From Octopus bimaculoides (taxonomy: Eukaryota), in the NCBI RefSeq assembly GCF_001194135.2, contig NC_069007.1:5575294-5639293 (forward strand): DNA of 64,000 bases. Reading direction: 5' to 3'. Below the pieces are notes generated by a model that made no database searches, was not told the DNA's origin, and worked only from the letters and a program-made list of their open reading frames with translations. The position numbers were made by a program, and so were the translations under genes. This document shows positions 35,260 through 47,962 of the stretch, piece after piece (within the stretch, counting starts at the first letter, position 1; each line of letters begins with the position of its first letter).

Positions 35260-37599
35260 NNNNNNNNNNNNNNNNNNNNNNNNNNNNNNNNNNNNNNNNN
35301 NNNNNNNNNNNNNNNNNNNNNNNNNNNNNNNNNNNNNNNNNNNNNNNNNNNNNNNNNNNNNNNNNNNNNNNNNNNNNNNNNNNNNNNNNNNNNNNNNNNN
35401 NNNNNNNNNNNNNNNNNNNNNNNNNNNNNNNNNNNNNNNNNNNNNNNNNNNNNNNNNNNNNNNNNNNNNNNNNNNNNNNNNNNNNNNNNNNNNNNNNNNN
35501 NNNNNNNNNNNNNNNNNNNNNNNNNNNNNNNNNNNNNNNNNNNNNNNNNNNNNNNNNNNNNNNNNNNNNNNNNNNNNNNNNNNNNNNNNNNNNNNNNNNN
35601 NNNNNNNNNNNNNNNNNNNNNNNNNNNNNNNNNNNNNNNNNNNNNNNNNNNNNNNNNNNNNNNNNNNNNNNNNNNNNNNNNNNNNNNNNNNNNNNNNNNN
35701 NNNNNNNNNNNNNNNNNNNNNNNNNNNNNNNNNNNNNNNNNNNNNNNNNNNNNNNNNNNNNNNNNNNNNNNNNNNNNNNNNNNNNNNNNNNNNNNNNNNN
35801 NNNNNNNNNNNNNNNNNNNNNNNNNNNNNNNNNNNNNNNNNNNNNNNNNNNNNNNNNNNNNNNNNNNNNNNNNNNNNNNNNNNNNNNNNNNNNNNNNNNN
35901 NNNNNNNNNNNNNNNNNNNNNNNNNNNNNNNNNNNNNNNNNNNNNNNNNNNNNNNNNNNNNNNNNNNNNNNNNNNNNNNNNNNNNNNNNNNNNNNNNNNN
36001 NNNNNNNNNNNNNNNNNNNNNNNNNNNNNNNNNNNNNNNNNNNNNNNNNNNNNNNNNNNNNNNNNNNNNNNNNNNNNNNNNNNNNNNNNNNNNNNNNNNN
36101 NNNNNNNNNNNNNNNNNNNNNNNNNNNNNNNNNNNNNNNNNNNNNNNNNNNNNNNNNNNNNNNATATACATATATGCATATATATAAATATTTGTATTTA
36201 CCAGTGCCTAAATATAAATATGTGTATGTATGTTCATCTCTAAATGCTGGGTGTTGTTTCATCAAGTAGGTTGCCAACTTAATTAATCCAAATATGACCA
36301 TCATCTGAAGAATGACCACCCATCAATCATTAATTGGCAGAATTTAGATGAATCATTCTCTGTTTAACCTTAAATTAATGAAGCTTGGCAATATTTATAT
36401 TATTAATTTCTGCTAATATCTATAGCTAACATACATACATCAGACCTAATTATCATTCCAAATAGCACTATCAATCACAGAAAACAATTTATTAGAGATT
36501 ATACAAAGCTAAGATAAACTCGAATGTAGCACTGTCTGATGAAGGCCAGCAGCCTGAAACTACATATTATATTTTTGTATTCTTTATTATTTTATTATTA
36601 TATTTGTTTCAGTGATTTGACTGCAGCCATGCTGGAGCACTGCCTTGAAGGGCTTAGTTGAACACATTTATCCAAGAACTTCTTTTTTAAGCCTAGTAAT
36701 TATTCTATCGGTTTCTTTTGCCAAACCACTAGGTTATGGGAACATAAACACACCAACACCAGTTGTCAAGCAATGATGGGAGAACAAACACAAAGACATA
36801 CACACACAGGCACACACATACACAGACACACACACATATACATGTATGAGTGGGTAGTTGGCATTAGGAAGGGCATCCAGCCATAGAAAACCATCCCAAA
36901 TCAGAATGGAGTCTGGTGCAGCCTTCCAGCTTACCAGCCCTGGTCAAACCATCCAACCCATGTCAGCATGGACAACAGATATTAATTGATGATGATGATA
37001 TATACGATGGGATTCTTTCAGTTTCCATCTACCAGATCTACTCATAAGGCTTTAGTTAGTCCAAGGCTATAGTTAGTCCAAGGCTATAGTTGAAGACATT
37101 TTCCCCAGGTACCATGCAGTGGATTGAACCCAGAACTAGGTGGTTGGAAAGCAAGTTTCTTACCCCATAGCCACACTTGCACCTAGGAATAATACTTTTA
37201 CAATAAGACGGGTGACAGTGACTTCGAAGTTTCAGTCTGATGGCAAATACTCTGAACTTTCAGTCCTATGCCACAAGCCTACACACACATGCCAGGTTAC
37301 ATACACATGCACCCACACAGAGAGCTGCTAAATGTGCATACGTAACAGACCCGCACATCCACATACTCATACAACAGGCAAATGCACACACATACGCACA
37401 CAGAGATATACATGCACACACATACACACAAGCGTATTGGCAAAATCACATGTAAACACATGCATGTGTGGATGCATGAATCAACTAAATTATTCAAAAC
37501 AACTAACAAAATGGAGAAAATGTAAAGTTAATGCCTTCAACATGTTATGCATGTCATGTGATATGATGCACACTGAACATGTATAGACATGTGGGCATG

Positions 37600-37632
<33 letters not shown>

Positions 37633-38926
37633 TTTGGCTATTGTCCCTTAGGTTCGTTCAGATACCATCCAGACAGCAAAGCACCAACAGATTCCTGTTG
37701 AGCCATGCAGTTCAAGAAATACCAAATTCAAGATTGAGCTTCTTTTGGCCTCGTCAATGGTAGATACCTGACTGCTAGAAATAGGAGTAACTGCTTGGCT
37801 AGCAATATACATAGAAATACAGAGCCCTGGCAGGCTTTAGTAATATCAATGCATTGATGATGACAATGACAGTGATGAGAATGACGGTCTTAATGATGAC
37901 GATGACGATTTGACGATGATAATGATGACAATGGTAAGAATGACGATAGAGATTATGATGATTTGTCGTTAAGATTTCAGATATCCAATTTTCAAAATAA
38001 CTTTTTTTTTTCTGTTTTCTTTAAAGAATAGCTGTTTCGATACCAATTCCACCTGAGACATCAATTCCTCTAGCTTTATGATGCAAGAAATCGCCTGATT
38101 TTGAATTATCCATGTTGAAATTTTAAAGCATTCCATCTTAGTTTTATGTAAGAACCTATAGTTCAATCATGTTCCACACACCCAAATAATCCAGAAAGAT
38201 CTGGAAAAAATTTAATTTGCTAAGTGCATCCAAATTCTTGATTGCTTTCAAAATTAATACAATCAGAAAAGCAGAATATTACATTAGGAATATGGTCACA
38301 GAAGGATTTAAACTATAGGATTATTGTTCTGTTGTGCACCACTAAATCTTATTACTTCAGCCCAACATGTCCATCCATCAAAAAATCTGGTGCCTCAGTT
38401 TTTACTGCTTTTGTTTGCTTTATTGTTTGTAGAAACTACTAGGTGCAGCCATGGCAGTCTGGTTAGAAGCTTGCTTCCCAACCACATGGCTCTGGGTTCA
38501 GTCCCACAGTGTCGCACCTTGGTCAAGTGTCTTCTACTATAGCCCCGGGTCGACCAAAGCCTTGTGAATGGATTTGGTAGAAGGAAACTGAAAGAAGCTT
38601 GTCATATATATATATGTATATATTTATGTGTATGTGGTCACCGCGCCTGTGGAGCACTAACAGCACTGTCAATAGTGTTCATTGCCAGAGCAGCTGTCTG
38701 GCTTCCGTGCTAGTGGCAGTAAATGGCACCATTTGAGCGTAATCGTTACCAGCGTTGCCTTGTAGCACTTGTGCTAGTGGCACGCTAGAAAATCATTCGA
38801 GCGAGGTTGTTGCCAGTGCTGCTGGACTAGCTCCTGTGCAGGTGGCACATAAAAAACACCTTTTGAGCGTGGCTGTTGCCGGTCCTTTGTGACTGGATCT
38901 CGTGCCTTCATATATANNNNNNNNNN

Positions 38927-38957
<31 letters not shown>

Positions 38958-38962
38958 TAGAC

Positions 38963-39029
<67 letters not shown>

Positions 39030-39067
39030 CATAATGTGTATGTGTTTGTATGTCAGTTTGAATGTAA

Positions 39068-39362
39068 GTGCATGACTCTGTTGTTAGAACATCAGGCTTA
39101 CAATCATGAGGTGGTGAGATCAATTCCTAGACTGGGCTGTATTGTGTTGCTGTACAAGACACTTTATTTCTCATTGCTCCAGTTCACTCAGGTGTAGAAA
39201 TGAGTTACAATGTCACAGGTGTCAAGCTGTATTCACCTTTGCCTTTCCCTTGGATAACATCAGTGGTGTGGAGAGAGGAGGGTGGTATGCATGGGCGACT
39301 GCCGGTCTCCCACAAACAACCTTGCCTGGACTTGTGCCACAGAGGGGAACTGTGAGCTTCCT
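39068..39362 (+). mobile_element. SINE family I
   Basis: Homologous to 9961-10298. Confidence 0.8.
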
Positions 39363-40339
39363 TACAATTTCGATCTATGAAATTCACCAGAGCTATAGTA
39401 GAGGCCACTTGACCAAGTTGCCACACAGTGGGACTGAACCCAAAACCACAGAGTTGCAAAGCAAGCTTCTTAACCACACAGCCAAACCTGCACCTACATA
39501 TATCCAAATTATTTTACTAATTTTCTTTTTTGTTTAAAATATCTTTCTTCTTTCATCAGAGTGTTAATTCTCAGTACAAAACTGCCTGTTTCGAAAATGC
39601 TTTAATTAAATGTAACTTTGGCATCTATAAAAAATAACTACCTTTAGTTTCTCTTTGTCTTCTTTTAGAAAAAAAAATTAGAATTTCATTGGTTACCTTG
39701 TCTTTGTTTGGTTGAACTAAACATTGTTTAACCATGTTTATCTCTCCTCAATACAACTTATCCAGCTTCTATCTTGATTAAAATTAAATCACGATAGAAG
39801 CTGATTTTGTTAATATTTGTCCTTGCTTCACCATCTTCAAACAATAACTTGTGAGAAACAATTTAAAAACTGTCAATTATCTTTTATCTTTTCCTTGTTT
39901 CCAACATTGAATGTTTTTGAATGCTGTAGTTCATGTATTCACTTGACAAAAATAGTTCTTGCCTAATGAAGTAATGTCTCCATTAATCAATTAAGAAATT
40001 CGTTGGAAACAGCTGTAGTGAATTGATACAATATCCATCTGTTGTTATTTATTCCTCTATTATTCACCTCTTTTGGAACCTGCTCCTTGCGTAGATCCGA
40101 AGTATATTATGGATTGTGCATTTAGTACAATGTGTGTTTCTTGATTAGCCCCAGGGCTGTTGATATACTCAGTCGGGTACAGCTAATCGTATATATAACC
40201 TAAATAGCTTCCTGCCTGTAATTTGGTATCTACGTATGTATTCCCCTATTTTTGTTGAGTGCACCTTTTACTTTTCAACCCGATCCGGTGCCTTATCATT
40301 TAAGTACCTGATTCACTTGAATCCTAATCTATTACATAT

Positions 40340-40371
<32 letters not shown>

Positions 40372-40555
40372 TTAACGTCCACCTTCCATGCTAGCATGGG
40401 TTGGACGATTTGACTGAGGACTGGTGAAACCAGATGGCTGCACCAGGCTCCAATCTGATCTGGCAGAGTTTCTACAGCTGGATGCTCTTCCTAACGCCAA
40501 CCACTCTGAGAGTGTAGTGGGTACTTTTTACATGCTACCGGCACGAACGTGCCAC
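40340..40555 (-). mobile_element. Family C (RTE tail), short 5'-truncated copy
   Basis: (cat)n tttaacgtccaccttccatgctagcatggg...ctccaatctgatctggcagag. Confidence 0.9.
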
Positions 40556-40710
40556 ATGGTTTGGAAGCCTTAAGTGGTGATGTCTACAAAGCTGAAGCAA
40601 TTCAAATATGCTGCAAACATATTCAAACCCATAAGAAAGCCACTCACTGCATTTTGTGATACAGCAAAAAGTTTAGCATACTGCATATGGTAACAAGTTT
40701 GTATATACAT

Positions 40711-40758
<48 letters not shown>

Positions 40759-41169
40759 GTGATGGTTTTTGGTAAGCAGCATCAATTTTTACAATTCCCT
40801 AAATAATAACGATGTTGTCTTATAAGCTCAGAGCTTATATGTGATCACTGTGCAATGATGAGAGAAAATAGTCTAATAGTAGGATATATAAGCCCTGCGT
40901 TTTTCTGTTGAAGGCTTATATTAGACTATTTTCTTTAGTCATTGCATGGCGATCGCTTATAAGCTTTGAGCTTNNNNNNNNNNNNNNNNNNNNNNNNNNN
41001 NNNNNNNNNNNNNNNNNNNNNNNNNNNNNNNNNNNNNNNNNNNNNNNNNNNNNNNNNNNNNNNNNNNNNNNNNNNNNNNNNNNNNNNNNNNNNNNNNNNN
41101 NNNNNNNNNNNNNNNNNNNNNNNNNNNNNNNNNNNNNNNNNNNNNNNNNNNNNATATATATATATATAT

Positions 41170-42220
41170 AATAAGGTTCAAGAAAAATACGGCAGCCCAT
41201 TCTCCCTATACATAGAAAATAACTGGAAGAGGCATCTGGATGACTGTTTCATTCTGTGGCATGAGAATATAGAGAGACTTAAAGAATTTCAAGCGCTTAT
41301 AAATGAACTTGACGTAAACATTCAATTCACGATAGAATATAGCCACCAACAACTTCCCTTCCTCGACATCCTTATTAAGAAATCTAACAACTTAATAGAA
41401 ACAGATATATACTATAAACCCAGGGACTCAAAGCAATATCTACTGTCCAACTCATGCCACTCCAGAATGAACATCCCCTTCAACCTAGCAAAAAGGATAT
41501 GTACTATAGTTTCTAAGGCAACCACCAGGGATACTCGACTACATGAACTAAAGGATACTCTCACCACCAGGAACTACCCATCTACACTAATTGACACATG
41601 CTTTCAATGAGCCCTTCAACTCAGCATCCACGAACTCAGACATCTCGAATTAAAGAAGGTCCTACAACCAAAAGCCCTACCATACATTTCCACATACAAC
41701 CCTCTTAACAGTGAAGCCTTTGACACCATACTTCAAAACATTCCCCTACTAAAAAAGGACCACAGAATGAACTTAATCCTCCAAACACAAACCATTATAA
41801 AAAGCAAGAGACAGCCGAAATCTATGAAAAGTCTCCTAACACAAGCTCGAATACCCTCAACAAAATACACTGAAGCCGTCAGTAAAAAAATGCGGTAGAC
41901 CCAACTGCGGAATTTGCATCAATCTAATTGAGGGATCAGAGTTCTCCTTCAAACAGGGACAAAATTTCAAAGTGAAAAGTAACTTCACATGTACTTCTGG
42001 AGAACCTGATATACGCACTAACCTGCTTTGGGTGTCAAGAACAATACATAGGCCAAACAAAAAACAGCCTGTGTCAACGGATGGCTCTGCACAAATCCCA
42101 AATAAAAAATCCCCAAAACAGAAAAATAGCATGCAGCCAACACATCGATATTTGTGCCAATAATAAAAATCCAAGTTTCAGAATGTTTCCCCTCTATCAA
42201 TTCAGAGACGATACAACCTA
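41170..42220 (+). pseudogene. Penelope-like element (Neptune-type): RT C-terminal half, Cys-rich linker, GIY-YIG endonuclease
   Basis: WKRHLDDCFILW (decayed YxDD), LPFLDILI, TDIYYKP..SKQYL, SCH...NIPFNLAKRICTIV; stop at 41608; +1 shift to CGRPNCGIC (41891); shift to LIYALTCFGCQEQYIGQT...R...H (YIG at 42045-42053). Abuts (TA)n at left. Confidence 0.92.
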
Positions 42221-42431
42221 CAATTACTTAATCACTAAGCCATCTGCATTCACTCACACACATGCACGTGCACACACACATATTTTGTGAAATATGTAGT
42301 TAAATATTTATAAAATATGTAGTTAAATATTTATAAAAAGGATAACTACAGCCATCTGAAGAGCCATACAAAGAGAAAGGCTAGACATATAACTAGCCCA
42401 CTCCGGCCCATCTCTGAGAGGACACCTCGCA

Positions 42432-42791
42432 AAGAAACCAGTAAGGGACAACAATCAATGCACATTAACAAATTGTCTCATCCGTGAAACAGATTTATGC
42501 CAACGGGTAAATGCTGTGTATAGAATACAACGTAACAAATGCAACAAGTTCTATGTGGGTAGCACAACAAGACCGTTACACGTCCGCATCAAAGAACATC
42601 TGAACACAAGAGCCTCCTCCTTCAGAAAACATCTAGACTGATACCGGAACACTGACAAAAGCATAACAGTGACAATTGAGGCCAATGAAAGAAACTTGGG
42701 TAATTTAAGAATTAAGGAAGCTTTACTCATACACAGACTGGGACCCCAAATTAACAACAGGCTGGAGATTGGTAATCAATATATTATTTAG
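42432..42791 (+). pseudogene. Second, distinct PLE GIY-YIG endonuclease C-terminus
   Basis: Frame 3: C..TNC...LC...NAVYRIQRNKCNKFYVGSTTRPLHVRIKEHL...KHLD*...LRIKEALLIHRLGPQINNR; natural stop at 42789-42791. Confidence 0.85.
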
Positions 42792-43057
42792 CTACATCTG
42801 GACGTGTGTAGGTTCATTCTTAATAACATGCTCATGTATTGCTTATAACAAAAAAAAAAGAGAAGCTGCACGTATAACACATAACTTAGAAGCAGCGCCA
42901 CAGATGTACCAACACACACGAGATTGAAACATAGCAGACCTCACGCACTTCTCATGAGGAATTCCGGAAGGAGATTCATGAGACCACTACTAAAACACTT
43001 CCAAAAAAAGAAAACCATTGGAAAACAGTTTATAGCAGAGACTCCATCTAAGAAGAT

Positions 43058-43087
43058 CTGAAGAAGGAATTGTAATTCCAAAATATC
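43058..43087 (+). ncRNA. Degenerate PLE-type hammerhead ribozyme motif
   Basis: CTGAAGA-A-GGAAT-tgta-ATTCC-(A)AAA-TATC, ~270 bp 3' of the GIY-YIG stop; core G12 appears lost (ccGaaa>ccAaaa, consistent with CpG decay); stem I weak. Confidence 0.5.
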
Positions 43088-44465
43088 ATTGGACTATAGA
43101 TAACCAAATTACAACAGGTATATAGTCCATTTTTTGTTTTATAGTGCATTGTTGTACCATTCTAAACTTTTTATTCTTTACAAACAATACACAATGCTTC
43201 AAGCAAACTACAATACGCTCCTATAAAAAGCTGATTGCATCTTTGCTTCATATTTCAATTCATGTCAAATGCACTCATTCACCAAATTACAACAAATGTT
43301 CAAGACTGCAGAAGCAGTTTATCCTTACAAATATAAATGTTGGCATGATATTTAGTCTTTATGAAGAGAGCTCTTGTTAAATTTTCAAAGACATACTGAT
43401 GTCCTTTATATCTAACTGTAGCAGTAAATACATGTACACATGTGTATGTGTGTATGTTTGAATTTATTTTAAGAAAATTGTTTTGTTTATAAAGCTTTCT
43501 TCATGTTCTATTTCATGATGAAGGCACTCTTCAGCATTTTTTGACAAATATTCAAAGTCGCAGATGCTGCCAATTCTTACAAGTATACACATTTGCATGT
43601 TTAGTCTGTGAGAAGAGAGCCCTTGATAAATTCACTTAAAGACACTGATGTTTATACATCTCTATGCATAAAGAAATTTACACACACGTCCATATGTATG
43701 TTTATGTGTGTGTTCAAATATTTCACAATTTCAAAAATGTTTTGTTTTGCTTTTCAAAGTCTCTTTCCTGATAAAGTTTTCATAAACAAATTGTTTATGA
43801 AATAATCCTGCTGGTAAGCAATTTATATCAAAGAGCTATTTTGTTTTTGTGTTTTTTTTTCTTTATTTATTGATAATCTATTTTTATCTCGTAGTTGGGG
43901 ATTACCAAGTCAATCAGAAATGAAGTAAAAAATTATTACAGCAAAAATATTAAAAAAAAACCTAGAATTCAATTGATTTAAAAATCAAAAAAGAACAAAA
44001 AAAAATGATAATAAAAGGAAGAACTACTTACTGCACAGAGTAAAGAAGGCTTTTGTAAGAAATTTACATGAATAATTCCTTGAATCTAAGCTGACAAATT
44101 TAATAAAACAAAGTCTTACCTAAAATGAAAAAAAAAAAAAAAAAAGCATATGTAAGAGGTTTGTCGCAACAAAAAAACAACAATGGTATGCAAATTTATA
44201 ACAACGATAACAACAAAATGATTAGAATGAATTTAAGTGTAATTTTGAACATATCTCTAAAAAAAAAATAGTTTAGCATTTTCTGTTATCAAATAAATCT
44301 TTTTTATCAAAACTTTCCAACAGTTTTCTGAACTATTTAATATTATTATTTTATTTGACAAGTTATATCCCCCCACACACACACACATACATACATACAT
44401 ACATACATACTTGTATATACATTTCTGTACATACATGCAAACATATGCACATAATAATAACAATG

Positions 44466-44501
<36 letters not shown>

Positions 44502-45079
44502 GCAACAATAACAACAATAATAATAATGTGTATGCATATACATACATACATGCATAAATACATGAACATTCATGTACGCACATGCAAACATCATAATATT
44601 ATGTGTATGTATATATATATACAACCATACACACACATACATACAAAATATAAACATACATACACATATGTACACATACCTTCACACATAAAAAATACGT
44701 ACATGCATATGCATAAACTTCTACACGTACACACATACGAACATACATATATGCTGACAAATAAACATACATATATGCACCTAAATATATATATATATAC
44801 ATACAGAAAGAAGTGCATATATAATGCAGGCATCTAGATGTGTGTATTATGTAACTATGACATTATTTCACACAAAAGAATATTTCCAAAATTTTGCAAT
44901 TCTTGGTCCAACCCAAGGCTGGAATAAAAGACAACTTCAATTCGGAGAGTAAACCCTGCTGGCTCTTCAATAATTTATGCAAGAGAAAAAACATCCAAAA
45001 ATGTGCCAAATATGGAAACCTTTCTTCGTTGTGCGATTCAAATATTTGCTTCCTGAATAAATGGCTTTGAGGGCAGTTC

Positions 45080-45388
45080 TACAGTTTGACTTCGTGGTTA
45101 GGTGTATTCAGTTCATGAGTGTAAAATTGTGAGTTCAATTCCCGGCAACGCATTTTGTCCTTGAGCAAGACACTTTATTTCACATTGCTCCTGTCCACTC
45201 AGCTGGCAAAAATGAGTAGGACCTGTATTTCAAAAGGTCACATTGTGTAATGCTGAATCATCCTGAGAACTCCATTAAGGATGTGTATGTCTGTGGAGGC
45301 CTCAGCCACTTGTACATTAATTTCAAGAGCAGGCTGTTCTGTTGATTAAATCAATCGTAACCCTTGTCATCATAACTGACAGAGTGCC
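45080..45388 (+). mobile_element. Old SINE with family-I-like 5' half and family-B-like 3' half
   Basis: ttgagcaagacactttatttcacattgctcc (as I), then gagaactccattaagg...tcagccacttgtacattaatttcaagagcaggctgtt...gacagagtgcc (as B). Confidence 0.75.
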
Positions 45389-45534
45389 CCCAGCCAACTG
45401 GCTAGGGTGGTATCTTGGGCAAGTATTTTTTATTATAACCATCCAAAGTCTTGTCAGTGGATTTGGTTGACAGAAACTGAAAGATGTGTGTTGCTTGCAT
45501 GCATACATACATATATAGATAGATAGATAGATAG

Positions 45535-45565
<31 letters not shown>

Positions 45566-47088
45566 CTGTCTAAGAATCCATAAGTCAGAAAAAATTGGTA
45601 CTTTTATATTTGTTAATAGAGTAGGTATATTAATTGAAGTTTACAGTATTATATCCATTATGGCCTGTCTTACCAATCGGTTTTGTGTTAGGGATTTTCT
45701 ATAGAGATCAGTTGCCATATTTCATTCTATACCTGCCATCTCTGAAGAGTGCAGGGATACATAATCGGGCTCTTACCTAACACTCTTCTGAAATGCTAGC
45801 ACGAAACTGATTAGTAAGATTGCCCATAATGGATATATAATATCATACACTTTGATTGATATATAGACACACACACATGCATGCATGTGTGTGTGTGTGT
45901 GTGTGCATGTATGTATGCATGGTCCAAAAATGAAGGCAACACAAAGACAAACTGAAAGTAAAACAAACATGGTGTATTAGGTTAATACTCAAGGAGAACT
46001 GAAGAAGTCTTTGATGTTTCAAGCCTATGCTCTTCTTCAGAAAGGATAGATGAGAAGAGAGAAAAGATGGATTGGAAAAGAACATGACTGAGTTAAACGA
46101 TCAAAGTATATTGAAGTGACAAGAATAAGAAGGCGTTGACTTGAGGTGTGGGTGACACGGGGGACAACTATGTGGAAGCTTCAACACAGTTTTCATCTAC
46201 CAAATTCATTCACAAGGCATAGATTAGCATGGGACTATTGTAAAATTAATTTCCTGAAGCTGCTAGTATTGAACCCAAAAGTGTATGGTTGCAAATTGAA
46301 CTGCTTAACCACATGGCCATGCTTATACTTTTAATTAAAATTATTTAACTTCTATGTAAACTTCATAGAAATTCACACACTCACGCATATATTTAAATAA
46401 TAATTATAATAATCTAATTTCTATGCAGACTTCATAGGAGTCCACACACACATATAAGTATATATATATTTATATATATATATATCTATATTTCGCTGTA
46501 ATTAAAATAGTTTGATATCTATGTAGATTTCCTGTTTTGTCTTTTTGCACATGCAAACCAACATTCCTTTCACCCAAACCCATCCCATTGACTTCATATT
46601 TATCCCTCAAACAAAGACAACTGACTGCAATTCACTGAGTTCATATATATACAAAAATTATTGGTTATTAAAACAATAAATTTTATTACTTTCGGTTTTC
46701 ATTAACTTACATCTTACATTAATATTTCCATTCATCTTTGTATGAATATTTTGGTAGTGTTTTAGAGCAAATAACAAAGTTGCTGTAATTATTACTTAGG
46801 TTTGTGCATATAATGGGTAGATTATGTGTGTAGCTATCACACAAATAGTTTGCATAAAATATAATATTTATTTAGCATAACATTAATTTCAACTGACATT
46901 TGTCAATGGAAGAGGGAATAAAAGTTATATTTCTCAATTTCAATAACTGAATGACATCATCGTTTTCGTCATTTAATATCTCTTTTTCTATGCTGGCATG
47001 GCTTAGATGGTTTGACTGGATCTGACAAACAAGAGGGCTATATCAAGCTCCAATGTCTGCTTTGGCATAATGTCTACAGCTGAAAAGT

Positions 47089-47472
47089 GGAGGCACAATG
47101 GCCCAGTGGTTAGGGCTGCGGACTCGCGGTCATAGGGTCGGGCTTTCGATTCCCAGACCGGGCGTTGTGAGTGTTTATTGAGCGAAAACACCTAAAGCTC
47201 CACGAGGCTCCAGTAAGGGATGGTGGTGAACCCTGCTGTACTCTTTCACCACAACTTTCTCTCACTCTTACTTCCTGTTTCTGTTGTGCCTGTAATTCAA
47301 AGGGTCAGCCTTGTCATACTGTGTCACGCTGAATATCCCCGAGAACTACGTTAAGGGTACACGTGTCTGTGGAGTGCTCAGCCACTTGCACGTTAATTTC
47401 ACGAGCAGGCTGTTCCGTTGATCGGATCAACTGGAACCCTCGACATTGTAAGCGACGGAGTGCCAACAACAA
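47089..47472 (+). mobile_element. SINE family B nested in a family C element, 11-bp TSD
   Basis: ctacagctgaa at 47074-47084 and 47473-47483; the host C sequence (46960-47560, minus) continues on both sides. Confidence 0.93.
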
Positions 47473-47601
47473 CTACAGCTGAATGACCTTTCTACCCTCA
47501 ACCACTTTTCAGAATGTCCTGGGTATTTTTTTGTGGAGCCAGCTCTTGCGAGGTCACCAAGCACATGCAAGACAAGACCCTTTAAATAAGTGAAGTATCA
47601 A

Positions 47602-47826
47602 AACCGTTAGCATTTAGATTATTTGATCAAACACAATGCTTATTAATTCATGTTGCTTTGAATTAATTATGCATCACTTCATAATTTCCCGATTTCAATG
47701 ATGTAATTTTACATTTTCAGAATGGCATTGAAGGATTGGTGTAAGAGGTTAGACCTGGTCAGTTTTAACATAAAACAAGTAGAATATTTTGGCCACATAC
47801 AGCTGGTTGAAATGCTAAAGGGTTAA
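47602..47826. mobile_element. TTAA-type MITE (second family)
   Basis: Left aaccgttagcatt versus right aatgctaaagggTTAA (imperfect TIR). Confidence 0.5.
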
Positions 47827-47962
47827 GGATGTGAAAGTAGGACATAAAGACATGAACATGTGTCTTGCTAAACAGGTGAATACACAACTTCTCCAGCTAG
47901 CTGATTTTTTTTAGCAGTATAATAGTTTCACTTTTCATTACACTATATTGTTTCACTTTTAT

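Noticed and set aside
39900-40320. CpG-containing unique stretch with minus-strand CTKC / IYFGST / RFQKR snippets suggestive of a GIY-YIG
   Set aside because: The motifs lie in different frames with wrong spacing; cannot be distinguished from chance without a profile search.
42335-42390. ctgaaga-gcc...ggc hammerhead-like start
   Set aside because: No GAAA after the putative stem II.
41608-42641. In-frame TGA codons in PLE ORFs as possible selenocysteine (as in some Naiad PLEs)
   Set aside because: The positions do not align with conserved Cys and fit CGA>TGA decay; the ORFs also carry frameshifts; the endonuclease is C-terminal, unlike Naiads; no SECIS recognised.
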